A DNA stretch of 64,000 nt from Podarcis liolepis (taxonomy: Eukaryota), in assembly GCA_965112155.1 (NCBI GenBank), contig OZ218103.1, one strand, 5' to 3'. Under the pieces are notes generated by a model that did not search any database, was not told where the DNA came from, and saw only the letters and a program-made list of their open reading frames with translations. Shown one piece after another: positions 1 to 32,960 of the stretch. The position numbers were made by a program, and so were the translations under genes. The number at the start of each line of letters is the position of its first letter. Position 1 is the first letter of the stretch.

Positions 1-950
1 AGAGGATCCTGGGGACTGCAATTTATTAAAGAGGCTGGGGATTATAGCTCTGTGAAGGATAAACTATGTAAATTAAGAAAGGGGACAAAAGTTAAATGTT
101 TTTAATAATAATAAGCCTGGACATAGAAAAGTGGAGTTAAGGCATGCAAGGTAATCATGAAAGGGGGAAAGAAATGACAGGAGATGACTAGAAACACTTT
201 GAGATGTAAGTGGGAAAGGAATATTAGATAGCAAGGATCGGCTATCTCGGCTTAGAATAGCAAGGATCCAGAGCAGTGCGCAGGCCTGCTCAAGCTGCAG
301 AATTCTCCTTCCCAGCTGTTGCTTCCTGTGTTTTTGGAGGAATGGGGTTCAAGGGACTGTGATGGGAAGGCATCTTGGGTCTTGATCAGAAATTCCTGCA
401 CATGTCAGTGCAGAATCCTGGATCGAGGTTCAGATCTCGCCATTCACCCGCACTGTGCATGACCTTGGACATATCATGCTCTCTCAGGCTGTGTACACAC
501 TCCTGTTTGCTCTGCATCCAGTGTGCTCCCATTGCTGATTTGGGAAGCAGGGTCAACATGGTGTTAGGCACAACCCATATCTATTCTGTATCTATCCTGT
601 CATTTCTTACGAAATACTGTATTTTGATGTGTTTCCCCCTAAGCCAGCTTCATTCTGAATTGAGAAAAAGAACAACGTGGGTCCATTTTAAGCCAGTGAT
701 GTGTCTGCAGCCTCTTGTCTAACTGGCCTCACAGGGTTGTTGTGTGAATAAAAGGGGAGGGCATCTATTGCTGCCCTGTGTTCCCTGGAGGAAAAGTGAG
801 ATAAAAAATGAAATATATACATAATTAGCATTGTTGTTGTCGTCGTTTCTAAAGGATCTTAATCTTTTTGAATTGAACAACATATGTTTGTGTTATTTTG
901 CCCCGTTAAGAAATATGGGAGAAAAGGCTTTGGGGAATACTGCCAATGAC

Positions 951-1097
951 CAGTGGCGTAGCGTGGGGGGTGCAGGGGGTGCCGGTCGCACCGGGCGCAA
1001 CATCTGGGGGTTAGGGCTAGGGGGCGCAAATCCACGGGTTAGGGGGCGCAAATTACTTGCCTTGCCCCGGGTGCTGACAACCCACGCTACGCCACTG
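951..1097. mobile_element. Non-autonomous hAT-type MITE (147 bp)
   Basis: Perfect 17-bp TIRs CAGTGGCGTAGCGTGGG/CCCACGCTACGCCACTG and perfect 8-bp TSD CCAATGAC (943-950, 1098-1105). Confidence 0.9.
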
Positions 1098-2473
1098 CCA
1101 ATGACAGCTACATTGTTCTCTCTCTCAATTTGGATCAAAGCTGGTTTGAGGGGAAACACAGTGTTTCTCAAGAAACAACCAAGTAGATAAGGGATTGTGA
1201 CATACCTACTCTTGCTTCCCAGAGCTCACTGGATGTCAAGTTAATTGGGGGGGGGGGGTGCTCACAGCCTCAGTTACTACAAACCTTCCTGTGAAAACAA
1301 GAAGTCAAAGGAGGTCTTGTTTAATGCAAACATGCTGTTTTGCATAACTCTGTGTGCTTACAATGAATGACCCATTCTCCACTGATCTATTTCCCTCACT
1401 CACAATCCCCATCTCCAAAGGCACAATTTCTTATGCTCAGCTGAGTCCTCCTTACACACACACACACCACTGACTACTGAAGGCTTGGTGCTCATTGACC
1501 GAAAATAGCTCCTCTTGCTGCTGGTTTCAGCCCGCCCTGGCTGTGATGCTGCAGATGTCAAATAAGGATAAGGGGGTGACTGTAGGAGTGAGAGATGCAG
1601 GGATAAGGAGGCGGATCTCTAGAAGAAAAACCATGGCAGCCCACACACTTTTTATATGCCACGTAGTAAGTAACTCTGTGTTTAAAGGGGGAAAAAACAC
1701 AGTGGCATTCAGAGGGTGACCTCAAGTCCCCCTCCGCCTCTTGGTGCAAATTATGTTTCTAGGGCACAGTTTTAAGGTTATGTATACAGAAACTGGATAC
1801 TATGTCAACAGTGTGATTAAGTCTTGCTAACATTAGACCGCTAGATGCAGAATAGGAAAAGCCATTGGACATTTCATTAGACTTCCAGAGTGGTGTTAAA
1901 TATTGTTCATGTAATATTGTGGTCCATGTTGGCAGTTAACACAGGAAGCCTTAGGATATCCCCCCCCCAGCACCAAGCAATGTGGTAACGGCTGTTTCCT
2001 ATATTAAAATTGGACAGAGGAACACTGTTGTTGGTTTTTCTGTACACATTATAACTTTAAAGCACATTCGAAGCGCAATCTTTCTCTCAGAGGTCTGGGC
2101 ACTTTAGTTTACCCCCTCATGGAATTCCTAGCTGTCCTTAACAAACCAGCCCTATTCTACAAATATATACTGAAAAGTAAGTCCTACTGAATTTAGTGGG
2201 TTTACTCCCACATGTGTGCTAGGGATTGCAAGCTCAGTAAACTTTATAGCAGGGATGGGGAATCTGGTTCTCTTAATATGTTATTGAACCGCAACTCCCG
2301 TCATTCCTGAATATTGGCCCTGCTGGCTGGGGCTGATGGGACATAGGTGTGGGCCACTCCCCCTAGGCCACATCAGGTAGAGAACTTTCTTCCAGATGTA
2401 ACCCTCATTACCATTTCTTCCTTACAGGACTTTTCTCCAGATGGGCAGTCACTTTGAATTACGGATGCCTCAA

Positions 2474-9467
<6,994 letters not shown>

Positions 9468-10982
9468 TGTAGCTAAAGTGCAGTGTTTCCTCAAATGGAT
9501 TTGGTTGATTGACTGGCTCAGGACTGAATATCCAGATCAGCCTGCTGCTAGTTTTCATACAAGTGGATCCCTTAAAAGCTATTGCATTACCATAATTGCT
9601 CTATTCTCTAAATACAGTCTACATAAGTAGAAAGGACTAGTGTTACTACATCATTTGCTGAGGCCTCCCAAGTATTCTCCAATGAGAACGTGGACTCTGG
9701 GAATTAAGTTTACATCTCACCCTGTCAAAGAACAGAAATAAAATGTTCTCATTGAATTGAAATACAGTGTAAATATACATACAGTTCTGTGTTAATGCTT
9801 AGCAGCCACCGCTTAGTTACAAATAGGCCAAGCTCTATAGCAATAATGACTTCACCGTCATGGGACAATTACCAGTAAGAATAAAAAAACTATGCTTCCC
9901 ATCAGTTGGGTGCAGCTACACAACGGATAGCCTATGCAGTCCAGTGTTGTTGCTTTTTAAGTTTCCTTTTCAGTAGCTGTCCCACCAACTCCTTAAATTG
10001 CTTCTTAATCTCCAGCACCTGCTGGGAAGAGATTGAAAACTCTGATTTCAGAGGCATACCAAACAAGTTCACTCTGAGTCATCAGTTTTCAAGAAACCAA
10101 ATACCAGTCTGCACTCCAAAATGCTGCGTTTTCAACTCAAGGCACAGTTGCTCTGCCATCCCAATACTTTAAAAAAGAAAAAAACATAACAGAACCGGAC
10201 ACAAGTTATTGCATTAGTGAAACCCATAAAAGTTGTGATTTTAGGCAAGTTTACCTAGGAGTAAATCCTATTGAAAAGCATGAGACTTTTCTTTCAACTA
10301 AACTTGCATAGGATTGTGCTGCAAGTCTTCTGGAAAAGGGTTAAAGTTCTTTATATTCAGCCATACAGATGAAGAATTGTCTCTCTCTACATCTTGTATC
10401 TGTAACTTGCTCTCTATTATGACTCTTGTAAATTAGTAGGAATATCTTTTAAGGTTACAGTGAGTGCTGAATCCTACTGGATTCAGCAACAAAGCCAAGT
10501 GCAGAGTGCTTGGCAGGCGCAGTACAGGTGTACAGTATTGCATAAACATTACAATGTTTTCTCAGCATAGCCCTGCCAATCTTCTCTATTTTGTGTTACT
10601 TCCTTGGTTCCGTTCCAGGATTCTCATCTTGCTGCCACTTGCGTGAAATATAATACTGAACCTCTTCAAATGTTCAACAGCACATGGTATTAGTGCTGCA
10701 GGGGCTGTACGACTTCACAGTGTGTGTAGCAGAAATGCCTGTCTTGATTCTGGATGATGTTTAGCTTTAATGGCTGCAATAGAAATTATGATTTAGGATT
10801 GTTGATGGGAGGGGATGCTGCTCTTCGGTGCTAGGATGTTCGGATCATTACCAACCTTGCAATGTTTTTTTAAAAGTTTGGTGGGATTTAAGATTTTATA
10901 ATAAAATATGCCCTAAGATTAAAAGTTCCTAACATGAAGAAAGCTAGCACTTCTCACCAGTATGTTAGCTTTCAGTGTACAG

Positions 10983-11227
10983 GATGGGTAGGCAAACTAA
11001 GGCCTGGGGGCCGGATCCGGCCCAATCGCCTTCTAAATTCGGCAAGGACGGTCTGGGAATCAGTGTGTTTTTACATGTGTAGAATGTGTCCTTTTATTTA
11101 AAATGCATCTCTGGGTTATTTGTGGGGCGTAGGAATTCGTTCACCCCCCAAAAAATATAGTCTGGCCCCCCATAAGGTCTGAGGGACAGTGGACCAGCCC
11201 CCTGCTGAAAAAGTTTGCTGACCCCTG
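10983..11227. mobile_element. hAT (Charlie-like) non-autonomous DNA transposon in the putative KCTD20 3' UTR
   Basis: Ends GGGTAGGCAAACT...AGTTTGCTGACCCCTG with 8-bp TSD GTGTACAG/GTGTACTG. Near-identical to the copy at 49117-49377. Confidence 0.85.
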
Positions 11228-13054
11228 GTGTACTGGGAGATTTTGATGGGTTAAGCTCAGGGAAACATGCTGGTAGTTTGAATGGGAATTGGCTGTTATA
11301 TGAGTTATGCACTGTAGTTAAGGTATACCTGTCCATTACATTAAAGTGCTTCAAAAGCTTAGCCCATCCTCTGCAAGGTAGAGAAAAAACTTTTGACACA
11401 TTCAAATGAAGAATCTTACTGCAGAAGAAAGCAAATACACACCTGAAGTCCTGAATTTTCAGCAACCTAAGTGTGATTTTAGAACAGGTTGTGTATAATG
11501 CTGGTCTGAATTAACATGTAGAGGACTTTGCAACTATCAGCACCTGCAATTATATACTTTTTTTAAAAAAATCAATGCACCAAATATCTCTATCTTAAGA
11601 GCCTCAAAAGAACAAATGTGTAGCTGATTGTCATCTACTTGGGATCTGCTTAGAGGAATTAAGTGAATAGATATTGCCAGATAGTGGAGATAGCTTTCCA
11701 GAGTCAGAATAAATCGAGTTAATACTTCCAGTGAAGGGAAAATCGCCCAAGGTCACTAATTTATGTAACAAATGGTCTTTTTAATTTTCAATTAAAACTT
11801 TTTGGTTTTATTTCCAAGCAAGATTAATGGACTATGCTATTGTTACACTGTTGAAGATGTTAAAACAGACTTGTAGCACAATCTTACACATGCTTACTCA
11901 AAAGTAAGCCCCATTATGTTCAATGGGGCTTTCTGGAAAGTGTGCATAGTTTTGCAGCCTTAGAACTGTATCAAGGAAGCTTTTATCATTTCTGATGCAG
12001 TTATTTTATTTAAACAGCCATTCAACCTCTCACGAAAGTGCCTACAGCAACGTTTTTCAAAAGCTGCACTACTTGTGCTGTCCACAAGGCAAGGTGGTCT
12101 TTTTAGAAATATCTAATTAGAAAAATATAGGGTGATTTATAGACAGGTGTCAACATTGAAAGAAGCTCCAGCATGAAAATTATTGGAGAATACTTCCAGT
12201 ATTAAATTCAAAAATTTGGGTAAGCTAAGTTTGCCATTCTCACATCTGTGTAAGAGCCATTCCCACGAATGCACTGAATGTTGCTAGAAAATTGAACCAC
12301 TTTAACAGCTGGTTTGATGTGCTTGTCCTTTGCAGAAACTACTTACCTGTGAGGGTGGTGAGAATTTTTGATAAAATCTCTAACCTAGGAATTTTCAGAG
12401 TAGCTGCTTGGAAGATTACAATTTCATACAGTAGCCATGCTTGCTGCAGCTACATTGGTGTTTCCAAAAGAAAGTGCTCAAAGTCAGATACACCTTTCTA
12501 GACATTCAGGGATGCATGCTGAGCCCACAATGGCTATAACAACGTGATCATTTCTGCTGCATGTTCACGGAACATATAGCTGCCCTTCACATTTTACATT
12601 TGCTGCAGCAGACATACTAGTATAGGCAAAAACAAAGACAACTGCCACAGAAAATGAGAGGTAACTCTTAGGATTCCAAAAACAAAGAAATTCAAAAGTG
12701 AGGCAACCCCAATGAACTAGAAGAATGCCCATTGCAAACGAAGTCAGACTTGACTTGAAAGATTACACTTACTCCAAATTATAACTAAACAGTCATAGAG
12801 CCAATATAAGCCACTAAAAGCTTTTCACAAATAATAGGTTGCTTTCCCAAAGAAACAATGTATTTATCTCTGATGCAAAATAAAAAAATAAGTATTATAT
12901 AGCATTGTCCAACTAGGAATATTGGACTAATGGGATGTTTCTATTCTGGGGTGATTTACTTCCTCTTCCGTTATCTGTAATTAAAAAGGCACAAAAACAA
13001 GTTTCTCCTTTTTTATTTTGTTCAATATTCAGTGTTTACATTATCATAACTTTA

Positions 13055-13060
13055 AATAAA
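13055..13060 (+). terminator. Probable main poly(A) signal of KCTD20 (3' UTR about 3.6 kb)
   Basis: AATAAA followed by a GT/T-rich tract (TGGTAGTTGTTTACGT...). Other AATAAA hexamers occur upstream in the UTR, so choosing this one is inference. Confidence 0.5.
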
Positions 13061-13728
13061 AAACTTTTAAAATACTTTTCTGGTAGTTGTTTACGTCCCG
13101 CGTCTTAGTTTTCAAAGATTTGCCTTTTATCTGCTGTGTTATGTTTCTAATCCTGTGTTGTCTCTTTGGTTGTCGTTTTTCTAGTCAACTTGAATATTGG
13201 TCTGGAAAATCATTTTCTTTACATTACCTTGATGCTCAAGAACAGTGTGCCCTTACGTGTACTCTCCAGAGGGAGCCACACTGGCCCCAGCCCCCACCTG
13301 TGTGTACACATGGTATAAAGAATGTATATAGCCACATCCCGTGTAACAGGAAACACCTGGTGCCACCACTAACTCTTTAACACACGTGAAGCAACCCTGA
13401 AGATATTTCATGTTAGAACAAAAGTTTGCAAAACGCATGCCTGAGAAGGAGGATGCTCATAAGTGCTCTCAAGCATAACGAAAAGGGTTTTTAAGACACT
13501 TTCTTTTTATGTACTTTTTCAACTTTCAATGAAGATGTCGGGGGGGGGGGAGGAACTCAGCGACTGGAATAAGTGAACATATCTATTACTTATTATTCAC
13601 TCTTATTGCACCTAATCAACACACTTAGCAAATACATCCAGGCACCCCCTTTGATTACCTCAGTGTCATCTGTTGCGAACAACAAGCATTTCAATTCAAA
13701 TAACTCACAAAACATTAGCAAAACTACA

Positions 13729-13734
13729 TTTATT
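13729..13734 (-). terminator. Probable distal poly(A) signal of STK38 (3' UTR about 3.6 kb)
   Basis: TTTATT on + (AATAAA on -), followed on the minus strand by a T/GT-rich tract (TGTTTTGTGAGTTATTTG...). Confidence 0.45.
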
Positions 13735-16700
13735 GAGGAAGTATTTTAAACAGCTCAGAATGCAAAGACACTTCCATAAAAATTGGTCTTCACACAAAAC
13801 CCCAGAATCATGTACAAAGTATATGAAATTTTACACTGCAAGTAGTTACAGCTATATGCAGATACAAAATCAATTTTAATCAGCCATAAGGCGGAACCCA
13901 GGCACATTGGTTAAGCAGTACCTAAGTGCAATACACTGCTAATAATCACACACAACTGGCAGCATTGCTCATCTTAAGTCTCAGCCAGGAATTTTCTCCT
14001 GTACCCAGACACGCCAAAAATGTAGTATTTTGCAGCTTTTGTTGTGCCAGAGAGACATCAGCGCTACTAAATACCTCAGTAGAACAAGAAACAGAAAAAT
14101 GATACGAACTTGCATTATGAGTAAGCTGTGTAATTGTTTGGCTTCTAGATCTACAACTGCTTTCGAAGAAGAAATGCACCACCCCGGAAAGGCAACAGTT
14201 TCTCTAGAATTTACAATGGGCTGCTGCAGGGTGACAAGAGCTAGGAACATGAGATTGGCAGCCACCTGTGGATTGTGCACTGCCTGCCACATTAATTGTG
14301 GTTAAGCATTGGCATTAAGCATTGACACTTACAATGGTCATTAAGGCTTATTAGGATTCCTGTTTAACCAGGATTTAAATACAGGTTTCAGATCTTGGTT
14401 AAATGAGAACCTTAATTCTCTAAATTAGTGCCAACAGACTACTTAACTGATTAAAGAGGACATTTACTGCAGTGGCAGAGTTCATGCGGAAGCTCTCTAA
14501 AAAATTTGTTAAAAGGAAGCCAGCATTATTTGCAACAGCCAATATATGATCTTCTCAGTTAATACTCCTGTTTTAGTGTTGTGGTTTTTTTAAAAAAAAG
14601 CAATACCATAGGAATCCAAGTTATAATGTTGCTATGAGAGGGCAGCATTGATTTTAACCCCCCCCAAAAGAAAATGGTTCACAGACTGATGTTCTAAGTT
14701 CCCAAATGCTTAATTCTCATTTCCATAAGCTTGTTGATGCATAATGTCCTTATTTGTGGGGAGCCTTCATTCACTGCACTGGCAGTGTTAATTAAGCACA
14801 CTGGGTGACCTCTGGCAACTCAACTATGCTCTTGGCTGCTGCAGAGACTACAGGAACAAGGATTCGACCTCAGTTATAACAATATGCTATATTCATTCTC
14901 ACTACAATACACAAAGTAAATCTTTCAAAAATTCCCAACAGTAGAAGACAGAAAATTACACCTTGTACTGCAATTCAATTTACTCACGTACACACAATGC
15001 TTGCACTCATCTGTCACACTGTGGCACAGAGATGCTTTGCTAAATGGTCATAATGCAAAAGGAAACATCAAAGAGGCATGCAAGAATCTTGTTTTCTTCC
15101 CTTTTGTGCAAGTTATTGGCTGGGCAGCTCTCTAGGCAATCAGGTTATCCTGAGACCTTCTACAGCTTTTTTTTTTAAAAAAAGGCTTTTAAAGCACCAG
15201 TTATGTATGCTACATATTTTCAACATTCAGCAAGCACCAGAAATTTAACTTTAAACCCATCATTATCTAACCAGTAAGCAAAACTCTAGCCCCACCATGC
15301 GTAGGACACGTCATTGGAGCACAGTAATAATTACAAACTAGGCACAGAGGATATATTAAAGCAGGAATAAGAGTTACCTCCCTATAGCCTCTTCTCTAGA
15401 TACATTTTGTGGACAAAGCCTAAATGCAAAATATTTCATTAGTGACCTTCTTACTGAAGCTTCTGTGCATTGCCACATCTAGAAAACTAATTAAGGACCA
15501 GGATCTATCTGGATTTATAGGAGTACTAAGAAAGATAGGGAACACTCATGGTATAATGATTTTTTTTTGGGGGGGGGTGTTCCAAACCAGTACATAAGAC
15601 TGCCTACCAGTGAGGGGTATGTGTAACAGTGCAGATTGGAGAACAACCACTATTAAAACAGTTTTTAATGTTTTAGCACATTAATCCCTCCAATTAATTT
15701 GCTAAAACTCCGATCTGATAAGGACAGATGAACCATCAGAGGACAAGTGAACTACTGCATAATTATGCACATTCAGTGAAAATGACTAAGACATCTGTTA
15801 TTGAAATATTGCAGGCTTCATCAGATCTCCTAAAGGCAGAGACAACAATAATATTTGATGACTATCTCCTAAATTACAACTGAATCCTGACCTTTGTACA
15901 AGAACAAAGGACTTCAACTTCTTTCAGCCTATTTGGGCATCAGAGCACCTTACTAAAGGAAAGCTTAATGTTTTTACTAAATCGCCCGGTAACATAGCCT
16001 GATGTACAAGGACCATCCCAAGCTATCATGTTTAGGTCTCCTCCTCTGGCTTTCCTGTCTTCATTTTGACTCCAGATGCACTAGGGCTCCTCCTGTACTG
16101 TTACCTGCCCCCATCCTCAGTCTGGAGCTTAACATTGTCTTGAACAAATGATTTCAAAGATAGTTATCTGAACAATATAGTGAACTACATGAGATACACC
16201 AAATGATGGCAGTCTCATGTATCATGCAGAGCCTGAGAGGGCTTAAGAATCTGAAGAACACTCAGAGGGTCAGTGCCACCTAATGGCAACAGCCCAAGAA
16301 GTAGAACTGCACCATGTAGATCCTTTGAACAACCAGTCACTATGATCCCATTACTTCCTGTAGAGCACTCCTAGGTTATCCCAAAAGGCACTTCAGGGCT
16401 CTCTGCATCCAAGCTTCAGAAAGATAAAGCTCCAAAGTATATTATGCCACTAGCTAAACACTTATTTTACAATTCTCTGCTTGCAGCAACTTCCTAAGCT
16501 TTCATTAATCAAAGTCTTGAGGGTGAGAAGTAGGGAAAGAATCTGAAAAAGCAGGGCTCCTTTCACAGTATTAACTATGGTATCCTAATAATGCTATTAA
16601 CAGTGATTTCTCTCTTACTACCAAGTAGAATGCAGTTACATAAATCTCACAAGGAATCATCTTTAGCTCTCTTGACAATGCTTGTAAAAAAGCGTAACGT

Positions 16701-17335
16701 TCCCCAAATCTGAAGTTTAGAAGGGGGAAAAAGCTCAATACTTTAGGATTACTATTTTAGTACCAACAGTAAAGTGCAGCAGCTTTTGAGGCCATTGTTG
16801 GGTTGAAAAAATTGCTATCCAAAAGGCTTTTGAACTAAGTATACAACACACTAGTGACAATTAAGGCAATACAGGTTTTGCCCTCCTATAGGATAAGCTT
16901 CTGAGAATTTGGTCTACCTCATACTAGTTATTGCTCTGTTTCCTGTACAATACCTTAGCCCTTAGAATTGTGCTGTACCTTTGCACAGCACTTGTAAAAC
17001 AGAAGATACAAAAAAACCAAACCACAATTATGTTATACTCTACAATGTAAATAAAAGCTTGCACTCTCCTTCTTGAAGTAACAGTCTTAGGAATTTTAAC
17101 TAAAGCCAGAATAACCTATTTCTGCAATAAAATCTGCAAAGGCAGGCTCATAAGTGCCATTTGTGGAAGTTTTCAATGCATAAATCCATTTAAATGTAAA
17201 CACTGTGCATAATGATGTTATTTTGCACTCTTCTCAAGATTTCACAGGCCTCAGATAAAGTTTATGAAGCATAGGAGAAAAAACTTGTGCTGACAGGAAA
17301 GAATGAAGGTTCAGGAATAGTTTTGTTGTGAGTCA

Positions 17336-30134
<12,799 letters not shown>

Positions 30135-32179
30135 GGTTCCTGGAAGAGAGAAATTAGAAAATATCTGTGATCCTAAACCTTGAAGCAAGAAATCTACACT
30201 ACATGATGGCTTAAATTTAAATAAAGCAGCCAGTTTAAAAATAAACAAAAGCTTTGCAAATCGCAATATGCCCAAACTGGAAGCTACAAGTGTAAAAGGC
30301 CACAATGTTGCAAAACTTCCTGTTTTTCTACATAAGTTATGAACAAGGAGGAAAGAAATGTGATAACTATTAAGTCTCTGAATGACATTTTCAGGTTACA
30401 TTACAAATGATAAGTCTCTTATTACTTTCATCTCCAGTCAATTAAAATTCTACCAACATGTTTTAAACCAATCATAGTACGTATTTCCATGTAAAAGTAT
30501 TTACATACACAGCACAAGCCACATTTATTTCCTTGGAACTTGCTTCTATTGAGTAACAGACAATATCTGCAGGGCTGTCAACAAAGACTGAGCAAATTTG
30601 TTTCTGTTGCTCTAGAGCCTAGGGAAAGGGAATATTGATTACACTTTGGAAAGAATGAATGTCCTGACCATATGAACTGCTAGACAGTGGAACAGGCTAC
30701 CACACAAGGTAAAGAACTGTTGGAGGTTTCTAAGCACAAGATGGATTGCCACCTAGTTATTGCAGATAACTAGAGTAGCAGATAATATACCTAAGTAGAA
30801 GTGGACTAGATGATTTTTAATCCTTCCAACTAAGATTCTAATCAGTAATTTTCAGTTCAAATTTACTTGGAGATAAGTCCCAGTGACTTCAATGGAGCTT
30901 ACCTCCAAGCAAGTGTTCATAGACTACAGCCCAAGCAGTATTTTTCCTTTGTGTGACAGCAGAAACAAAAGCTTCTGTTCCTATTTTCTTCACAGTGTAA
31001 CTAGCCGACCTAGAACCAATTAGCTCTTACACATTTGCTTTAGTTAACAATTGTAACTGCTTTTAAAATCTTCCCAATTTCATCAGAACTTCTAACCAAA
31101 CAAAGCTTATATAAAATAATTATTTGAACTAATTAGAGTATTTTGCTCGCATGGCTCTTTGAATGCAATTGTTTTATGGTGCACTCCCTTCCAAGAAAAG
31201 CTGTACAAAATATAAATTATCTCTTTGTGATACTAGGCAACTGCAGCTCCTTTTTGCCAGTTGAAATTTCCCATTAAAAAAATTATCATCATCCCCAAGG
31301 ACCAGAGTGTCACTATGGCTCATCTGCAGTGTACCTAGCCTATCGTGCCAGTTACAGGATCATGCCGCATGATACAGCCATGGCGTCCCACAAAGTTTGT
31401 TATAGGCATTAAGAGTTGTTAGGAAGACCCCTGTTTCTTTCAAGGAGCTACAGTTCTCAGGATCTCTGGGAATTGTAGTTCTGTGCAGGGAATAGGGGTA
31501 TCCTAACAACTCTGACCATGCTTAACAAACCACAATTGCCAGGATGCTTTTGGGGGGAAACCACAGATGTTTTAAAGTGGCATGGTACAGCTTTAAATGT
31601 ACAGCACAGGTGGGGCCTACTAGAATTCAAAGCAAAGCCTTCCCCTATGCATTCAAAGCACATTTCCCCCCAACTACAACTTACCCCCCCCCCCAAGCTG
31701 CAAATTCCCAGCACCCTTAACAAAATACAGTTCCCAGAGCTTTGGGGGCGGGAAGGGGCAAGAATTGTGCTTTTTACATGTAGGGCGTATACAATGTCTT
31801 AGAATCCCAGGAGACAACTATAAAGGAGCTGCTCCACTCCCAGGCACATTTACTCGGGAGCAATTCCCTCTCCTCAAGTCAGCCTCACTCGCCAGCAGAA
31901 ACAAGGAGAAGATGAAGAAGGGAAAATGAGCACGAGGTCCATTTTCCACAGAAGTAGTTTGCGAGGGGGAAGAGGCCAGCAGGTGTAAACAGAGGAAGGA
32001 AAGGCAGAGCCAGGCGTCACGCTAAAAACCTAGCAGGAATCTATGTGGTCAAGAAGAAGAAAATGGGGTTGTTTTTTTAAGAGGGGGGAGGCAGGAGACT
32101 CAAGAGGAGGAAGAAGAGGACGGGGCAACTTGAGGCGTCTCCCCTCCCCTCTGTGGATGCTACAAAAGTACCTACCTGG

Positions 32180-32960
32180 CAAGAGGGGGCGGGACAGGAT
32201 GGCGCCCCGGGAGGCAGCTCAGCCTGAGGGGGGAGGAATAACTTTTTTGGGGGGTAAACACCGGAGGAAAAGACGCTTACCAGACCCCCTTCTGGGAGCA
32301 GCGCCGAGGAGCCCCCGCCGTCCAATGCCTTCCCAGCCGACCAACACGGGAGAGAGACGGGGAGCAGCAGTTCCCAGAGGCCGAGCCCCGCCCCTTGCTC
32401 CCCGCTCAGCCGCCCCCACCCCAAAGGAAAGCTGGAGCCCGCGACCGGACAAGCGCCGACTGGAAACTCTGGCACAGCCCGCATGCGCAGAAGAGCTCTT
32501 TCTCTCTCTCTCCCAGCCGCGGCGCCGCCCTCTTCAAGGGGCGAGGCTCGCCTGATGGCCCGTTCCCCGCCCGCAGCCCCAGGAGGCGGGGCCGCCGCAC
32601 TTTTGCCTAGCCTCCGGCGCTGCGCATGCGCCGGCTATCGCTCTAGCGCCTCGGCGAGCGGCCCGGGAAGTTCGTGGCCGCTGCGCGCCGCTCCTTCGGC
32701 GTATGAGGAAGTCGGCAACTGTTTCCCGGGCGGCGCAAGGCGGCGGCGGCCTCCTCCTCCGCCTCGCCCTCCGCTTGCCTACGCGGAAGTAAACGCGGCA
32801 CGACGGGCGTTTGCTCTCCAAGTTAGGGGAGGGAAAGGGGAGGATTGCGGGGTTTTAACGGCTTTGCTGGGAAGTATGTTGGCTTCCGCGCTTAGGATCG
32901 CACTGCGCGGGTGTTTTGGACGGTCACCGTCGAGCCTGGGCTTACGCACGTTTATTCAGA
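32180..32960 (-). promoter_or_regulatory. CpG-island promoter and non-coding exon 1 of STK38
   Basis: GC/CpG-rich island upstream of the ATG exon (acceptor leaves 5 nt of UTR, exon start 30139). Minus-strand donors TCTG|GTAAGC (exon end 32281) and CCAG|GTAGGT (32176). NRF1 motif TGCGCATGCGC at 32621-32631, ETS/GABP-like GCGGAAGT at 32783-32790, and several GC boxes. Confidence 0.8.

Noticed and set aside
1531-1665. Possible upstream KCTD20 coding exon (TTTCAG| ... GTA|GTAAGT, MLQMSNKDK...)
   Set aside because: In frame only with the minor acceptor at 2441, no similarity to KCTD20 N-termini that I know, and no transcript evidence.
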